A stretch of DNA of 64,000 nucleotides from Camelus ferus (lineage: Eukaryota). A program made the translations under genes and the position numbers. Shown here in pieces: positions 23,531-36,245 of this stretch; the first letter of the stretch is position 1; the number at the start of each line of letters is the position of its first letter. The stretch lies in the NCBI RefSeq assembly GCF_009834535.1, contig NC_045717.1, forward strand, positions 23,126,001 through 23,190,000, in the 5' to 3' direction. Under the pieces are notes generated by a model that was not told the origin of the DNA, searched no databases, and worked only from the letters and a program-made list of their open reading frames with translations.

Positions 23531-25516
23531 GAACTTTAAAGTCGCTTGTTTGAGTCTCTTTCCAGAGGAATCGTCAAAATTTTCTGCTATTCATTGCCTA
23601 TTTTAAAAATCAGTTCTGTTTGTCCGCTGGGCCTTGGCCTCAAAGATCTTCCAGCGTGGTGAGGCTGGCTCCTACTGAGACCTTCCCATCCTATGGTTAC
23701 TGGTGGAGAGAGGGAGAGACACCCCTCCCTCTTCCCTGCTGTGGAAGCCCAAGGGTGGGGTTGCGTCCTTTGCCTGGGAAGTTGGTCAGCAAAGGTTCTC
23801 TAGGAGGGGCAGGTATTGGAGCTGGGCTTTGAGGGATGTATAGGAGTTTGTTAGGGACAGGCACTCCTGGCAAAGAGAAGAGAATGGGCAAAGGCAGGCG
23901 GGGCAGGAGGGAGGAGAAGGGAGGCTCCTGGTAACGTTTGGGACTTCTCTTTTTTCCCAGATCTTCTCAAGGTGGATTCTTTTTCATCTTTCAGTTCTAA
24001 AATCGCCTTCTCAGAGTTGCCCCCTATTTTGTCCTCAGAGCCTAGAACAGTGCCTGGCACACAGTAGGTGCTCATCAACTACACTTTGAACCAAAAGATG
24101 AAGTGGTAAGGGAGGAAGGTTAAAAGCTGAGGGCTTTGGAGGCAGCTGCCCCATGTGCCAAGCAAGGCTGGCTCAATTACTGACTTGCTGTGTGATCTTA
24201 GGTGCATTGCTTAACGCTTCTGAGCCCGAAGTGTCTGGAAGATAGTGATGATCAAACCAATCTCACAGGGAAGGATACCCGCTGAGGCAGCATGTTGATA
24301 TCCCCTAAATTCAGATCTTGGCACCACTACTTACTAGTTGTGTCCCTGAGCCTTAGCTTCTCATTCATCAAGTGGAGATAATGATAATAAACTATATCAT
24401 AGGGTTGTTGTGTGTAAGGTCCTCAGAATGGGACCTTGAATGTAATAGGTGCTCAATTTGTATTAGCTATTGATGTGCATTAGTTAATTGTGTTAGATCA
24501 GTAACCATGGGCATCCAAGAAGTCCTCCCAAATAAAGGCCCATTTGAAGTGGGTTTTGATGCACAAGTAGGAGTTCATAGGCAGACGACGCCTCATTGCT
24601 GGACTCTAAACTTGATGTTGGGTGCCCCAGATAAGAGTAGTTTTGTGCCCTCCATGCCTCCAGGGGATCCCATCCTGATAGGGAGATAGAGCAGGACGTG
24701 GACCCTGCCCTCCTTGTGGGATCAGGGGCAGAACAGAGGGAAGGATATTGAAGTGGAAGAGGTTGGAGGAGGCCTTGGAGGCACCTGTGGCACCGAAAGA
24801 GGTGTTTACCCAGTAGTGGCTGAGGAAGTAAGTGGGTGGCAGGGGCCATCCTAGTTTCTGCTGTGAGTCAGGATGGTGGCCCTGTCCAGCTGGTTTCCCT
24901 GAGGCTTGAGCCCCCGCCCTAACCCCTGGGAGAAGGGCCAAGCCATCCATTGCTACAGCCTCCGCAGTTCCCCCGCCCTGACACTGCCCCACACCCCCTG
25001 CCCTCACTGCCTTTGCTTCACCTGCTTTACCCATCCACAGTTCAGCTACTTTTCACCTCCTCCGACCTCATGAACACCCTCAGTAACTACCTCCTAAGTG
25101 TTGCAACTTCGCACCTGCTCCAGCCCTGCTGTAACTTCATTCAGCAGCCCACATGATCCTCGTAAAAGCAAAATGAACAACGTCGCTCCCTTACCTGAAA
25201 TCCTCTCCTCGGTTCCCAGTCACCCCTGCTGACCTCTACCCTCTCCTTTCGCCCTCCCTCCCCCCGCTTGGCTGGGGGGGGGGCACGCTGGCCGGCTTTC
25301 TGCTCCTCAGACACGCCCACCTCCATCCAGCCAGCCAGCCTCGGCTCGGCTCGTGCCCTCCGCCGGAATCTCGCTCCTTTTCAACACGAAATTCTCTGCT
25401 TAAACGCCGCCTCCTTAAAGAAGTCTTATTAAATGATACTTCTCCTTACTTTGAACAACGCTGTCTGGTATTTTCTGTTCTCTTTTATCCAGTACTATTC
25501 CATTTCATATAAATTG

Positions 25517-25725
25517 GAGTGTCTCAACCTAAGGAATGTTGACATTCTGGGTGGAATGATTCTTTGCTGGTGGGAGGCCGTCCTGTGTATTGCGGGGTTT
25601 TGAGCAGCCTCCTGGCCGCCACACACTAGATGTCAGTGACGTCTCCGCATCGCAGCAACCCAAACTGTCTCCGACACTGCCAAGCGCCCCCGTTAGAGGG
25701 CGGAGTTGCTTCCGGTTGAAAATGT
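25517..25725 (-). mobile_element. MER20-like hAT DNA transposon
   Basis: TCTCAACCT...TTGACATT...GTCCTGTGTATTG...CACTAGATGTCAG...TGTCTCCGACACTGCCAA...GGTTGAAAA. Confidence 0.75.
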
Positions 25726-26236
25726 CTGATTTAATTTCAAGTGACTTAGCGACTCCAAATGGGGGGAAAAAAGCAACTTCTGAACAATACCTGGCACATT
25801 ATAGGCACCCAAATATTTACTGTCCTCCAAACTTTGCCTGCTTGGTATGTTCTCAGTGAATGAATTCAAGAGGCAGGGAAGGAAGGAAGGATGGATGGAT
25901 TGATTTTGACTCTTGGCTACAAATCGGCCCATCAACCTATCCTACTGGTTTTAGATTATCACTCCGTGGTCAGAGATCACTGTTACCTCTTCTGGGGTGA
26001 ATGCAAAACAGGCCTATTGAATGGACAGAAAATGAAAATTAAAGAAACAAACCCTGAGGGCTGAAGAGGCTGTGGGTACATGGAACTGTCATCGACTCCC
26101 ACACTGTGACAGCTTCTCTGGAAACCCAGCTGGCACTCAATTTCAAAATCTCATAATCCATTTCATGTTACCCATTTTTAGGAAATGATCAAAGGTGAGC
26201 ACTGAGATTTAGCCACAGGGCTGTGTATGGCAAAAC

Positions 26237-26730
26237 AGATCATCTTTGATTTACGATGGGGTTATTTCCAATAAACCCGTTGGTAAGTTGAAAATATTGT
26301 TAACTTGAAAATGTATTTAATACACCTAACCTTCTAAACATCATAGCTTAGCCCTGCCAACCTTACATGTGCTCAAAACACATTATTAGCCTGCAGTTGG
26401 GCAAAATCATTGAACACAAAGCCTCTTTCATGATTGTGTTGAATAGCTCATGTCACTTATTGAATACGGACGGTCTCCAACTTATGATGCTTCAACTTAC
26501 AATTTTTCGACTTGACAGAGATCTGAGATACGCAGTCAGTAGACACGGTACTTCACGTTTCGAATTTGGATCTTTTCCTGGGCTAGAGATGTGCGCTGTG
26601 ATAGTTTCCCGATGCTGGGAGCCACAGCTCCCGGTCAGTCGCATGATCGAGGGGCCAAAATACCATCCACTTACAACCATTCTGTACCTAGACAACCATG
26701 CTGTTTTTCACTTTCAGCACGGTATTCAGT
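26237..26730. mobile_element. TcMar-Tigger non-autonomous elements (MER47/Tigger5-like)
   Basis: CAGAT...TTACGATGGGGTTA...TAAGTTGAAAATAT...TAATACACCTAACC...GTTGGGCAAAATCAT, followed by a second ACTTATGATG...TTTTTCGACTT terminus. Confidence 0.65.
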
Positions 26731-27229
26731 AAGTCTCCCAAACAGTCTGGAGGTTGGCACGCCGGGTGGGAAGCGGGGTACTCTGTCCCAGGAAGTTCCC
26801 AGACACCTCCTTCCAGCTCACAGCTCAGCCATCCCTGGGGTGGGGCCCTTCTTGTCAGAATCAGAATCCAAAATGGTGCTTCAGCTGGGACATTCCTTTT
26901 CCAAGAAGCTGGATGGAGGTCGGGAGGAGGAACAGGCAAGGATGGATGCCAGTCCATCTTGAAAGTAGGCTGCCACCCACCCTCCATTTTGGGGGGGCTG
27001 TTGCATAGCATTCTGTTACATAGGAAACTGTAATTTACTTAATCAGTCCTTTGTTGATGGGTGTCTTCTTGTGGTGAAAGGTTGTTTTTTATTTTTAATC
27101 TTACCAGTCCTATGAGATTTTTCCTTGAACTTCTTTATCTCCAACCCCTGGATAATCTTATCTAATCTCCTGCCTCTAAATACCTGTGTGTCGCCACCTG
27201 CCTTTCTCTCTCCTGCCCAGATGCCTCTT

Positions 27230-27765
27230 CCAGACGTCCCTCCCTGCATCTGCTCTTAGGGGAACCTGAAAATGAACCTGTTTGGGATGGATTACTGATC
27301 TTATTCCCTCCCCACCCCCGGGCATTGCTCCATCATCCTCCCACTCACACTAAAAAAACCCCGGAGTCATCCTTGATTTCTCTCCCAAACTCTGTTGACT
27401 AATCCAGTTGGCTCCGTCTTCCAAGTTTACCCAGAACGCAGCCCCGTGGTTCAACTCCAAGTCCAAAGGATAGTCCCCAATGCTCTACACAGTCTGATAA
27501 ATGCCCCCTCCTGCCCTGTGATGCACCTCCTTCCCTGTCCCCCTTGCTCTTCCAGTGTGGGTACACTGGCCTCCTTTCTGTCCCTCCAACTAATCAGGCC
27601 TCAGGGCCTTTGCACTGGCTGTTCTTCCTGGAATGCCCTTCCCCCAGATGTTCCCATGGTTCCCTCATTGCCCCTGTACTCAATGTCCCCTTCTGATACC
27701 TCAATTTAAGACCACAACCCCCACCCTCATCTCCCAGCCCTTTTCCTTGCTTTGCTTTACTTAAA
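27230..27765. mobile_element. L2 LINE remnant
   Basis: GAGTCATCCTTGATTTCTC...CAGGGCCTTTGCACTGGCTGTTCTTCCTGGAATGCCCTTCCCCCAGAT. Confidence 0.7.
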
Positions 27766-27769
27766 ACAA

Positions 27770-28290
27770 TTTTTTTTCAATTGAAGTATAGTTGATTTAC
27801 AATGTTGTGTTAGTTTTTGGTATACAGCGTAGTGATTCAGTTATACATATACATATATGTTCTTCTTCATATTCTTTTTTGGCATAGATTCATTATAGAC
27901 AAGCTATTGAATATAGTTCCCTGTGCTCTACAGTAGGGCCTTGTTACTTATCGGTTCTATATGTAGTAGTTTGCATCTGCCAATCCCAAGCTCCTAACCT
28001 ATCCCTCCCCTCCTGTCTTCCCCTCCTGGTAACCATAAGTTTGTTTTCTATGTCTGTGAGGCTGTGTCTGTTTTGTAAATAAGTTCATTTGTGTCATTTT
28101 TTTTTAGATTCCACACGTAAGTGATATCATATGATATTTGTCTTTCTCTGTCAACTTGCTTCACTTAGTATGATCATCTCTAGGTCCATCTATGTTGCTG
28201 CAAATGGCATTATTTCATTCTTTTTATGGCTGAGCAATGTTCTATCATATACATATACCACACGATCTTTATTCAGTTTACATACTGTTA
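27770..28290 (-). mobile_element. Artiodactyl-type L1 3' end
   Basis: TTGAAGTATAGTTGATTTACAATGTTGTGTTAG...TAGATTCCACA..TAAGTGATATCATATG. Confidence 0.85.
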
Positions 28291-28349
28291 CCACCACAGT
28301 ATCCTGGTGGTCACACAGGCTAGCCACGATTCAGTGTGGGGCAGGGGGT

Positions 28350-28745
28350 GAGAGAATACAGGAGATGGGAATCACTGGGGGCCACCCTGGAGGTTGGTCA
28401 CCACACCCTTCCATCCTGGGACTGTATTTCTCAGCATCCCTTGCATCTGAGGAGCCAAGTGATGTGTTCACCAGTGGACCTGGTGAGGAAATGATGTGTG
28501 ACCCTTCCAAGCCGAGGAGCTTAAGAAGTAGGTGTGACTGCTCCACTCTCCCTCCTCTCCACTAGCCCTTGCAGCCGAATGCAGCAGCCGATAAAGGTGG
28601 CGGAACCATAGAAGGAGCCTAGGGAGGGAGCCACCTGCCAACTAGGTACACACATTTTGGATTTTAGATGAGTCAGCAACTAACTACCTTCACTTCTAAG
28701 TTGTCAAACTATTTGGGATTTGTTTGTTGCAGCAACTAGTATGAC
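28350..28745. mobile_element. MaLR LTR (MLT1-like)
   Basis: GGGACTGTATTTCTCAGCATCCCTTGCA...AAGGAGCCTAGG...ATTTGGGATTTGTTTGTTGCAGCA. Confidence 0.65.
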
Positions 28746-28888
28746 CTAATTAATTCAGGTTTGGATTGAATATGGTTGGGGGAGGGGGGAGGGAAGGTTC
28801 AGACTTTTCTGGCTGGAGCCCTTGGGTGCATGGAAGTGCTTTTGACTGAGATGGGGATGTAGGTTTGGAGGAAGATGATGAGTTATCT

Positions 28889-29090
28889 TAGGGCAGGATC
28901 TCTGAACCTTGGCCCTATTGACATTTGGACTTGAATAGTTCTTTTGGTTGTGGTGGCGGTGGGGGTCATCCTGTGCATTGTGGAATGTTCAGCAATATCC
29001 CTGGCCTCCATCCACTAGATGTCAGTAGTGCCCCCTGATTGCATCAACCAAGACTGTCTCTAGGCCAGTGTCCTGGGTTGAGAACCACTG
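28889..29090 (-). mobile_element. MER20-like hAT DNA transposon
   Basis: CCTATTGACATTTGG...ATCCTGTGCATTGTGGAATGTTCAGCA..TCCCTGGCCTC..CCACTAGATG...GGTTGAGAACCACTG. Confidence 0.8.
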
Positions 29091-29539
29091 GTTTAGCATC
29101 TGGTGAGTTAGGGCAGCCTTGACTATCCAGGAAGCTGATGGTTCTGTAATTCTGACACTCAGGGAGCGTGGGAGCAGGCGAGATCTCCCCTCCTCCACCC
29201 TGCCCTAGGAATGGGTCAGAGTGAGAGGAGGGAGCCCGCACTGGGGGTGGGGAAGTCCCAGGGCCACGGAAGAGAATGGATCAAGCAGAAGAGGAACCTG
29301 GCAGGGGCACTGGGTGCTGAGATCGGCCATCGGTGTCAGAAGCATCAGATGCTTGGGGGAGCCATTGTGAGGGGGAGGGGCATTTAAATGGGGCGTCAGC
29401 AATAAAAATGATCTTATGCATTCCTCTTTATTGACAGGGAAGGAGTCCCATGGTGTAATTTTTAAAAAATTTATTGGAGTGTAACATGCACTCAGTAAAG
29501 TGTGCACATCTCTTTTTTAAGTGATCTTTTTTTAGATAT

Positions 29540-29711
29540 CTTTTTTTGTTTTTTGTGGGGGAGGTAATTAGGTTTATTTATTTATTATTTTATTTATTAT
29601 TTTGGGGGGAGGGTAATTAAATTTATCTTTTTTTTAATGTAGGTACTGGGGATGGAACCCAGGACCTCATGCATGCTAAGCAGATGCTGTACCACTGAGC
29701 TATACCCTCCC
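29540..29711 (-). mobile_element. tRNA-derived SINE with duplicated tail module
   Basis: A/B boxes, and two copies of the GGGGGAGGTAATTA tail motif. Confidence 0.85.
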
Positions 29712-29989
29712 TACCAATGAATTTTTTTATGTGGGTGTACACCCATGTAACCATAACCTCATTCAATATCTAGAAATTTCTTCCGTGTCCCCTCACAGTC
29801 ACTGCACCCTGGACACCCCAAGATACTACCATTTTGATTCCCTTGATGTAATTTCTAAGGGGGAAAACAAGCAGGTAATAAGACAGTGCTGACACCACAA
29901 TCTCATTATTGTAAATACATGTTTGAGTGGGACCATACACTCCCAGGTGCTAAGAGTCTGTGAGTGGAGGGTACAGGTAATTGTTTTTG

Positions 29990-30830
29990 TTTCTTATTTT
30001 TGAAGTATAATTGATTTTCAATGTTAGTTTCAGGTGTATAGCAAAGTGATTCAATTATACGTATACATATATATACACACACAAACACACACATGTATTT
30101 TCAGATTCTTTTCCAAAGACACAGATAATTTTTATTTTCTTCTTTTTATTCTTTTGTGTTTCATATCATATGCATGCTGTACTGTTTTGTTTAATTGAGG
30201 TACAATTCACATGAGATTAACTATTTTGAAGTGTACAATTCAGTAGCATTTAATATGTTCACGTACCACCACCACCATCTCTCTAGTGCCAAAATAAAAG
30301 GAAGCCCTGTACCCATTAGAGGTCACTCTCTAGTCCTCCGCCTCCCCAGCCCCTGGCAACCACCAGTCTGCTTTCTGTCTCTAGGGATTGGCTTTTCTGG
30401 ATATTTTATGTAAGTGCGGTCATACAATACGTGACATTTTGTGTCTGGCTTCTTTTCAGCGAGTGTGGTTTCAAGGGCCATCCATGTCGTAGCGTGAATC
30501 AGCACTTCATCCCTTTCTATGGCTGAGTAATATTCCACGGTAACAGATATATCACGTTTTGTTGGTCCATTTTTCTGTTGGTGGACATTGGGTGCGTCTT
30601 GTGTTCATCATGGGAATAAAGACGGCTTTAATTTTTCCTGATTTAATTAATTGATTAATTTTTGACTTTTTAAAACCTTGATGTGTAGGCACCTTACAAT
30701 GTTGGTTTCAGGTGCACAGTAAAGCCGCTCAGTGATACTCACACATACATACATATTTCTTCAGTTTCTTTTCTATTACATCTCATTACAAGAAATTAAG
30801 TCCCTTATACTCTACAGTCGGTGGCTCCAA
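29990..30830 (-). mobile_element. Cluster of truncated L1 3' ends (artiodactyl-type and L1MB-type)
   Basis: TTGAAGTATAATTGATTTTCAATG..., TTGAGGTACAATTCACA...CCCCAGCCCCTGGCAACCACC... Confidence 0.75.
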
Positions 30831-31435
30831 TTTTTTTTAATTGTAAAGTATTACATTATTATTTAGTAATAATTATTAATAGTTAAGGGGTCAGGGGGAG
30901 AGAGTGATGGGTTCAGTCTCTAACCTGCTACTTATTTCCTGGGACCTTGGATGAGGATCTGAACCTTTCATAGCTGTGTTCTCCTCACCTAACAAACAGG
31001 GAGAATCTGGGCAAGTGGCTGGGTGCTTTATAAAAGTCTCTCTCTGTTACTTCCCCCAGCTACACAAGTGTGCGTGCGCATATGCTCGCTCGCTCTCCCT
31101 CTCCCTCCCTCCATCCCTCCCTCCCTCTCTCTCTCTCCCTCGCTCTCAAAATGCAGTCCATCTGGTAGACCAAGCCTTTCAAATTCAGTATTTGTGGAAG
31201 AAACACAATAAAAAGTGATGGGAAACCATGAGGGTTTCTAAACTTTAGTCCTTCAAGCATGTGTACCAGTTATACAATCACGAATCTTTTATTCTAAATC
31301 CCATCATTTGAAACATTTTAAGTACACTAATTTTAAAATAGAATCTTTAAATAACTGCCATACATGGAGAAATGGAATCACATACCAGAAATGGATGGAA
31401 ATGGAATAAAAAGCAAAACACTTCTTTTAAAAACA

Positions 31436-31566
31436 TTTTTTGGGTTTTTTCGGAGGGGAGGGTAATTGGTATGTATGTATGTGTTTTTAATGGAGGGACT
31501 GGGGATTGAACCCAGGACCTTGTGCTTGCTAAACACATGCTCTACCGCTGAGCTCTACCCGCCCCC
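31436..31566 (-). mobile_element. tRNA-derived SINE
   Basis: A/B boxes and the tail motif. Confidence 0.85.
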
Positions 31567-31717
31567 ACTCCTTTCCTTTTTATTATCTCTTGGACACATT
31601 CTAATTGGGCTTTCCCCCCAAAACTCCACTGAGACACTAATTGCCAAGGTCTCCAGTGATTTTCAAATGATCAAATCCAATAGTCATTTTCAGTGACCAA
31701 ATCCAATGGTCAATTTC

Positions 31718-31902
31718 TTTTTCTTTTTCTTTTCTTTTTTTTTTTGACTGTTTTTTTTTTTGGGAGGGGATGGAGGAAGTAATTTGGTTTACTTTATTTT
31801 ATTTTATTTTTAATTTTTTAAAAAGAAACGTACTGAGACTGAACCCAGGACCTTGTGCATGCTAAACACATGCTCTACCACTGAGCTATACCCTCCCCAC
31901 CT
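31718..31902 (-). mobile_element. tRNA-derived SINE
   Basis: A/B boxes. 16-bp TSD TCCA(A/G)TGGTCAATTTC at 31702-31717 and 31903-31918. Confidence 0.9.
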
Positions 31903-31914
31903 TCCAGTGGTCAA

Positions 31915-32105
31915 TTTCAATGGCCAAAATCAATGGTTACAAAAGGGAAATCAGACAATACTTTGAGATGGATGAAAATGAAGATATAACATATCTAAAC
32001 TCTTGGGCTGAAACTAAAGCGGTACTTAAGAGGGAAATTTATAGTTGTAAACATTATGTTAAAGCAGAAGAAAGGTTTCAAATCAACGACCTGAAATTAC
32101 AGCAG
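31915..32105 (+). mobile_element. Isolated internal L1 ORF2 fragment
   Basis: Translates REIRQYFEMDENEDITYLNSWAETKAVLKREI...EERFQINDL, which resembles L1 ORF2 [31 protein letters not shown]...EERSQINNL. Confidence 0.75.
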
Positions 32106-32164
32106 ATTCCATGGTCAGTTGTCAAATCTTTATGTTTTTGGTCCTGTTAGAAGTTTTTCACACT

Positions 32165-32770
32165 GTTTATCACTTCCTCATTTTTTATTGCAGTAAAAAC
32201 ATACAACATGAAATTTGTCATCTTAACAATTTTCAAGTGCACAGCTCAGTGGCATTAAGCACATGCACCCTGTTGTGCAGCCATCTCCACCGTCCATCTT
32301 TAGAACTTTCTCATCTTCTCAAACTGAAACTCTGTCCCCATCAAACATAATGCTCCCTCCCCCTCCGCTAGTCCCTGGGCCTCACCGTCCTACCTTCTGT
32401 CTCTATGAATTTGACTCCTCTAGGGACCTCCTCTATGTGGAATCATACAATAGTTCCTTCCATAACTGACTTATCACTGAGTGTAGCATCCNNNNNNNNN
32501 NNNNNNNNNNNNNNNNNNNNNNNNNNNNNNNNNNNNNNNNNNNNNNNNNNNNNNNNNNNNNNNNNNNNNNNNNNNNNNNNNNNNNNNNNNNNNNNNNNNN
32601 NNNNNNNNNNNNNNNNNNNNNNNNNNNNNNNNNNNNNNNNNNNNNNNNNNNNNNNNNNNNGTGTACAAGTATCTTTTTGAGTCCTTGCTCTCAATTCTTT
32701 TGGGCAGATACCTAGGAGTGAAATCACTGCATCACATGGTAATTCTATTTCTAACTTTTTGAGGAACGCC
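32165..32770 (-). mobile_element. L1MB-like 3' end (contains an N gap)
   Basis: AACATGAAATTTGTCATCTTAAC...CAGTGGCATTAAGCAC...GAACTTTCTCATCTTCTCAAACTGAAACTCTG. Confidence 0.8.
32492..32660. other. Assembly gap (N run)
   Basis: Ns inside L1. Confidence 1.
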
Positions 32771-33397
32771 ATGCTGTTTTCTTTGCCTCAGTCTTTAAAC
32801 CTCATCTTTTTTTTTTTTTTAACGGAAATTAAATGGTCGTGAGGTATTAAAGACATGTACCACCAAACCGAGTCTTCCTCCTGAACATAATCAGAAGAAT
32901 CAAACAATTGAAAAAGGAGTAATTTTCTTTCTAGATAAGTTCAGGTTATTTGAGGCTGTGCCCAGACACCATCTCAAATCATTCCAGGAGCTAGGATGAG
33001 CCACCCTCCTGGATTCCCTGGGGTTTTCACGTGATATTATCAGTGCTAAATCTGGGAAGATCCTGGGCAAACGAGGCTGATTGGTCACCCTCCCGGGAGC
33101 AGGTTGTTGTGCTCCAGGCTCTGGGTACCAGTATCTCAATCCACCAAGTCAGTTTCCAGATGGAAAAATAAAATCTGTATGAGCTTCCTCAGGCTGCACT
33201 AACAAAATACCACAACCTGGGGGCTTAAACGACAGAAGTGTATTGCCTCACGGTTCTGGAGGCTGGAAGTCCGAGATCAAGGTACCACTCAGGCCGTGAT
33301 CCCTCTGGAACTTGTGGAGGAGCCTTCTTCCTTGCCTCTGGTTTTCTGGCAATCTTTGGTGTTGCTTGGCTTGTGGACATATCACTTAATTTGAATT

Positions 33398-33531
33398 GTT
33401 TGTTTGTTTGTTGGGGTGGAGATAATTATGTTTGTTTATTTATTTATTTTTAGAGGAGGTACTGGGGATTGAACCCAGGACCTCGTGCATGCCAGGCATG
33501 CGCTCTACTACTTGAGCTACACCTTACCCCC
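33398..33531 (-). mobile_element. tRNA-derived SINE inside an MLT1 LTR
   Basis: A/B boxes and the tail motif. Confidence 0.85.
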
Positions 33532-33629
33532 GTAGATACATCGTTTTAATCCTGTGTCTTCACGTGGCCTTCTCCCTGGATCTCTTCACACCATCTTCCC
33601 TCCATGCGTGTCTATGTCCACGTTTGCTT

Positions 33630-33762
33630 NNNNNNNNNNNNNNNNNNNNNNNNNNNNNNNNNNNNNNNNNNNNNNNNNNNNNNNNNNNNNNNNNNNNNNN
33701 NNNNNNNNNNNNNNNNNNNNNNNNNNNNNNNNNNNNNNNNNNNNNNNNNNNNNNNNNNNNNN
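33630..33762. other. Assembly gap (N run)
   Basis: Ns inside MLT1. Confidence 1.
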
Positions 33763-34124
33763 TGTAACCCATCTCCCAGCCTTTGAGACAGGGGCTGGGA
33801 AGGGACAGGCAGAATCCCTCCCTTTGGATCACAGTGATCTCAGCGGTGATGTTGAAGAGAAATGTTGGAATATGGGGCTAGATTTACAAGCCTGAATCCT
33901 TTGAACCTTAAGATCTGGCAGAAATCCCAGCTGGCAATATGTCTCCCCAGCTGTCACCATTTCCTTCCAGATGAATAACAGAAGGAGTGCAGCAAAAGGT
34001 TAACCTCAGAGTAACCAGTGGGGGTTATTTCAGAAGAGGAGGCAATGAAAGATCTATTTTACAGAACTCTCTCATTGAAGGGAGGAACGGGACAGAGTTT
34101 CGGTTAAGGAGATAACTTCTCAGT

Positions 34125-34342
34125 TAGTTGTCAGATTGAGCAACTAAAAATATTGAATGCCCATTTAAATTTGAATTTCAGATACGTAAGTGATACTTTT
34201 TTTCTCTTTTCTTTTTTTTTTTTTTTTAGTATAAGCTAACCCCATGCAATATCTAGGACACACTTGGGCTAAAAATTATTCATTGCTTATCTCGTCTGAA
34301 AGTCAAATTGAACTGGGCGTCGTGCATTTTGTCTGGCAACCC
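34125..34342. mobile_element. MER53-like palindromic MITE
   Basis: GTTGTCAGATT...GCCCATTTAAATTTGAATTTCAGATA...TTAGTATAAG / CTAAAAATTATTC...TCTGAAAGTCAAATTGAACTGGGCGTC...TCTGGCAACCC inverted arms. Confidence 0.75.
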
Positions 34343-35209
34343 TTTTCTGAATGAGTAATGGAGTTAAGCCACACTAGGTTGTCATGATGGGTTTCCTGAA
34401 ACTTTGAGGCCACTTCAGGATGTGGCCAAAGCTGAAGCCGTTCACAACACACACGGACCCCAGTGACAACCCTGGTGTGACTCTTACAAGATGCATCCTC
34501 TCCCCTGATCCCCGCTCTCAGGTGACCACACTTCTGGATTTGGCGATCACCATTCCTTTGCTTTTTTTGGAAAAGCATTTTATCATACCTGCATGTCTCC
34601 CTAAACCTAAGGCAACATTGAAAACAGTTACCAGATCTTAACCCTTTAGCTGTTGGGGCGTGAGAAAGTCTGCAGGGTCCCAGGGACAAGGCCAGGGCGC
34701 TCAGGGATGCAGTGGGGTGGGGGAGTCTGCAAACAGCAGCCAGGTACCTGCCCATGTGGCTGTATTGGATCAACTGATAACGTTCCTACGGGGTGTGACT
34801 GCACAGTGGCAGCCCCACCCTAAATAGTTGTTGAACGTAGCCTGATTTTTTTAAATTATGTTTTCAACAACATTTTAATTTGGGTTGTTTTTAGTTGTAT
34901 GAGACTTTGTAAGTTAATTGAGATTTCAATAAAGTATTAATATCACAGTATTTCAAATTTGCATACAATATAATCCATTAGTAATCACAAAATGGGCTGT
35001 TGAGACACACGAGGCGATACATATAAAACATTTAGTTTAATGGGTGGTAGACAGTGGTTAACTATGAGTATAACTCATACTTCCTGGACTTGAAACTCCA
35101 ATCTCAATGTCCAAACTCTGGGAACCAAGTTTAGTCCCTGTTGAGCATTCTTTTTGCTTGAACTAGTTAGTCTCCCATTAGGCATTCATATCTTCCTTCT
35201 TTTTTTTGT

Positions 35210-35560
35210 AAACATTTTTTTATTGACTTATAGTCATTTTACAATGTTGTATCAAATTCCAGTGTAGAGCACAATTTTTCAGTTATACATGAACATACGT
35301 ATATTCATTATCACATTTTTTTCGCTGTGAGCTACCACAAGATCTTGTATATATTTCCCTGTGCTATACAGTATAATCTTGTTTATCTATTCTATAGTTT
35401 GAAATCCCAGTCTGTCCCTTCCCACCCCCGCCCCCTTGGCAACACAAGTTTGTATTCTATGTCTATGAGTCTGTTTCTGTTTTGTATTTATGTTTTGTTT
35501 TGTTTTGTTTTTAGATTCCACATATAAGCGACCTCATATGGTATTTTTCTTTCTCTTTCT
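35210..35560 (-). mobile_element. Artiodactyl-type L1 3' end
   Basis: TTTTTTATTGACTTATAGTCATTTTACAATGTTG...TTTAGATTCCACATATAAG. Confidence 0.85.
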
Positions 35561-35929
35561 GAATGTAGCCTGATTTTTAAATTATTCCATAAACAGCTAC
35601 ACTATTTTACAACAGGTATTACTATTATTGTTGTTGTTGTTATTTTTGCTAGCGTGATCTTGTTGAGAATCCTTCACTTTGATGCATGTCCCTGCTGATC
35701 ATTAATTTATGTGTAGTCCATTGAATGGTGGAGGTGACTACCCCACCATTTGTTTGTCTGGCCTACAGTTCATGAATATTCCAAGGCTGCTCTAAACAAT
35801 CTTGTGCATGAATCTTGGATCCACGGGCGGGAGTTTCTCAGGGGGACGTAAATCTGGGAGAGGAGTTCCCAACCGTAGGATACATTCATTTTCAGCTTTC
35901 CTGGCTGTGTCACAGGCTCCCTTTCCAAA

Positions 35930-36245
35930 GGGCAGAGTTGCCATTGGGGGAGTAGCTACTGGACCAGAGACTACATTTCCCAGCTTCCCTTGTAGCTAGT
36001 TGGGGTCACATGACTTATCTTGACCAATAGAAAGTGCACCACAGTGAGGCATGTCTTCCTGGACTGAGGTGGTTAAGGATGCAGCGTGTCTTCTGTAAGT
36101 GGTCCAGGAAAGGCCTGCTGGGGCCACTCTGAAAGCTGCATGCCGAGGGTGGAGGCATCACAGATGGAGGGAGCCTGGACCACTTGACAGAGGGCCTTCC
36201 AGGGTAGATGCATGCACTCAATGGACTTAGTTTATGGAAGAAATA
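35930..36245. mobile_element. MaLR LTR (MLT1-like)
   Basis: GACTACATTTCCCAGCTTCCCTTGTAGCTAGTTGGGGTCACATGACT...GGAGGGAGCCTGG. Confidence 0.65.

Larger units (their letters stand above)
33170..33790. mobile_element. MaLR LTR (MLT1C-like) interrupted by a SINE and an N gap
   Basis: GCTGCACTAACAAAATACCACAACCTGGGGGCTTAAACGACAGAAGTGTATTGCCTCACGGTTCTGGAGGCTGGAAGTCCGAGATCAAGG. Confidence 0.8.
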
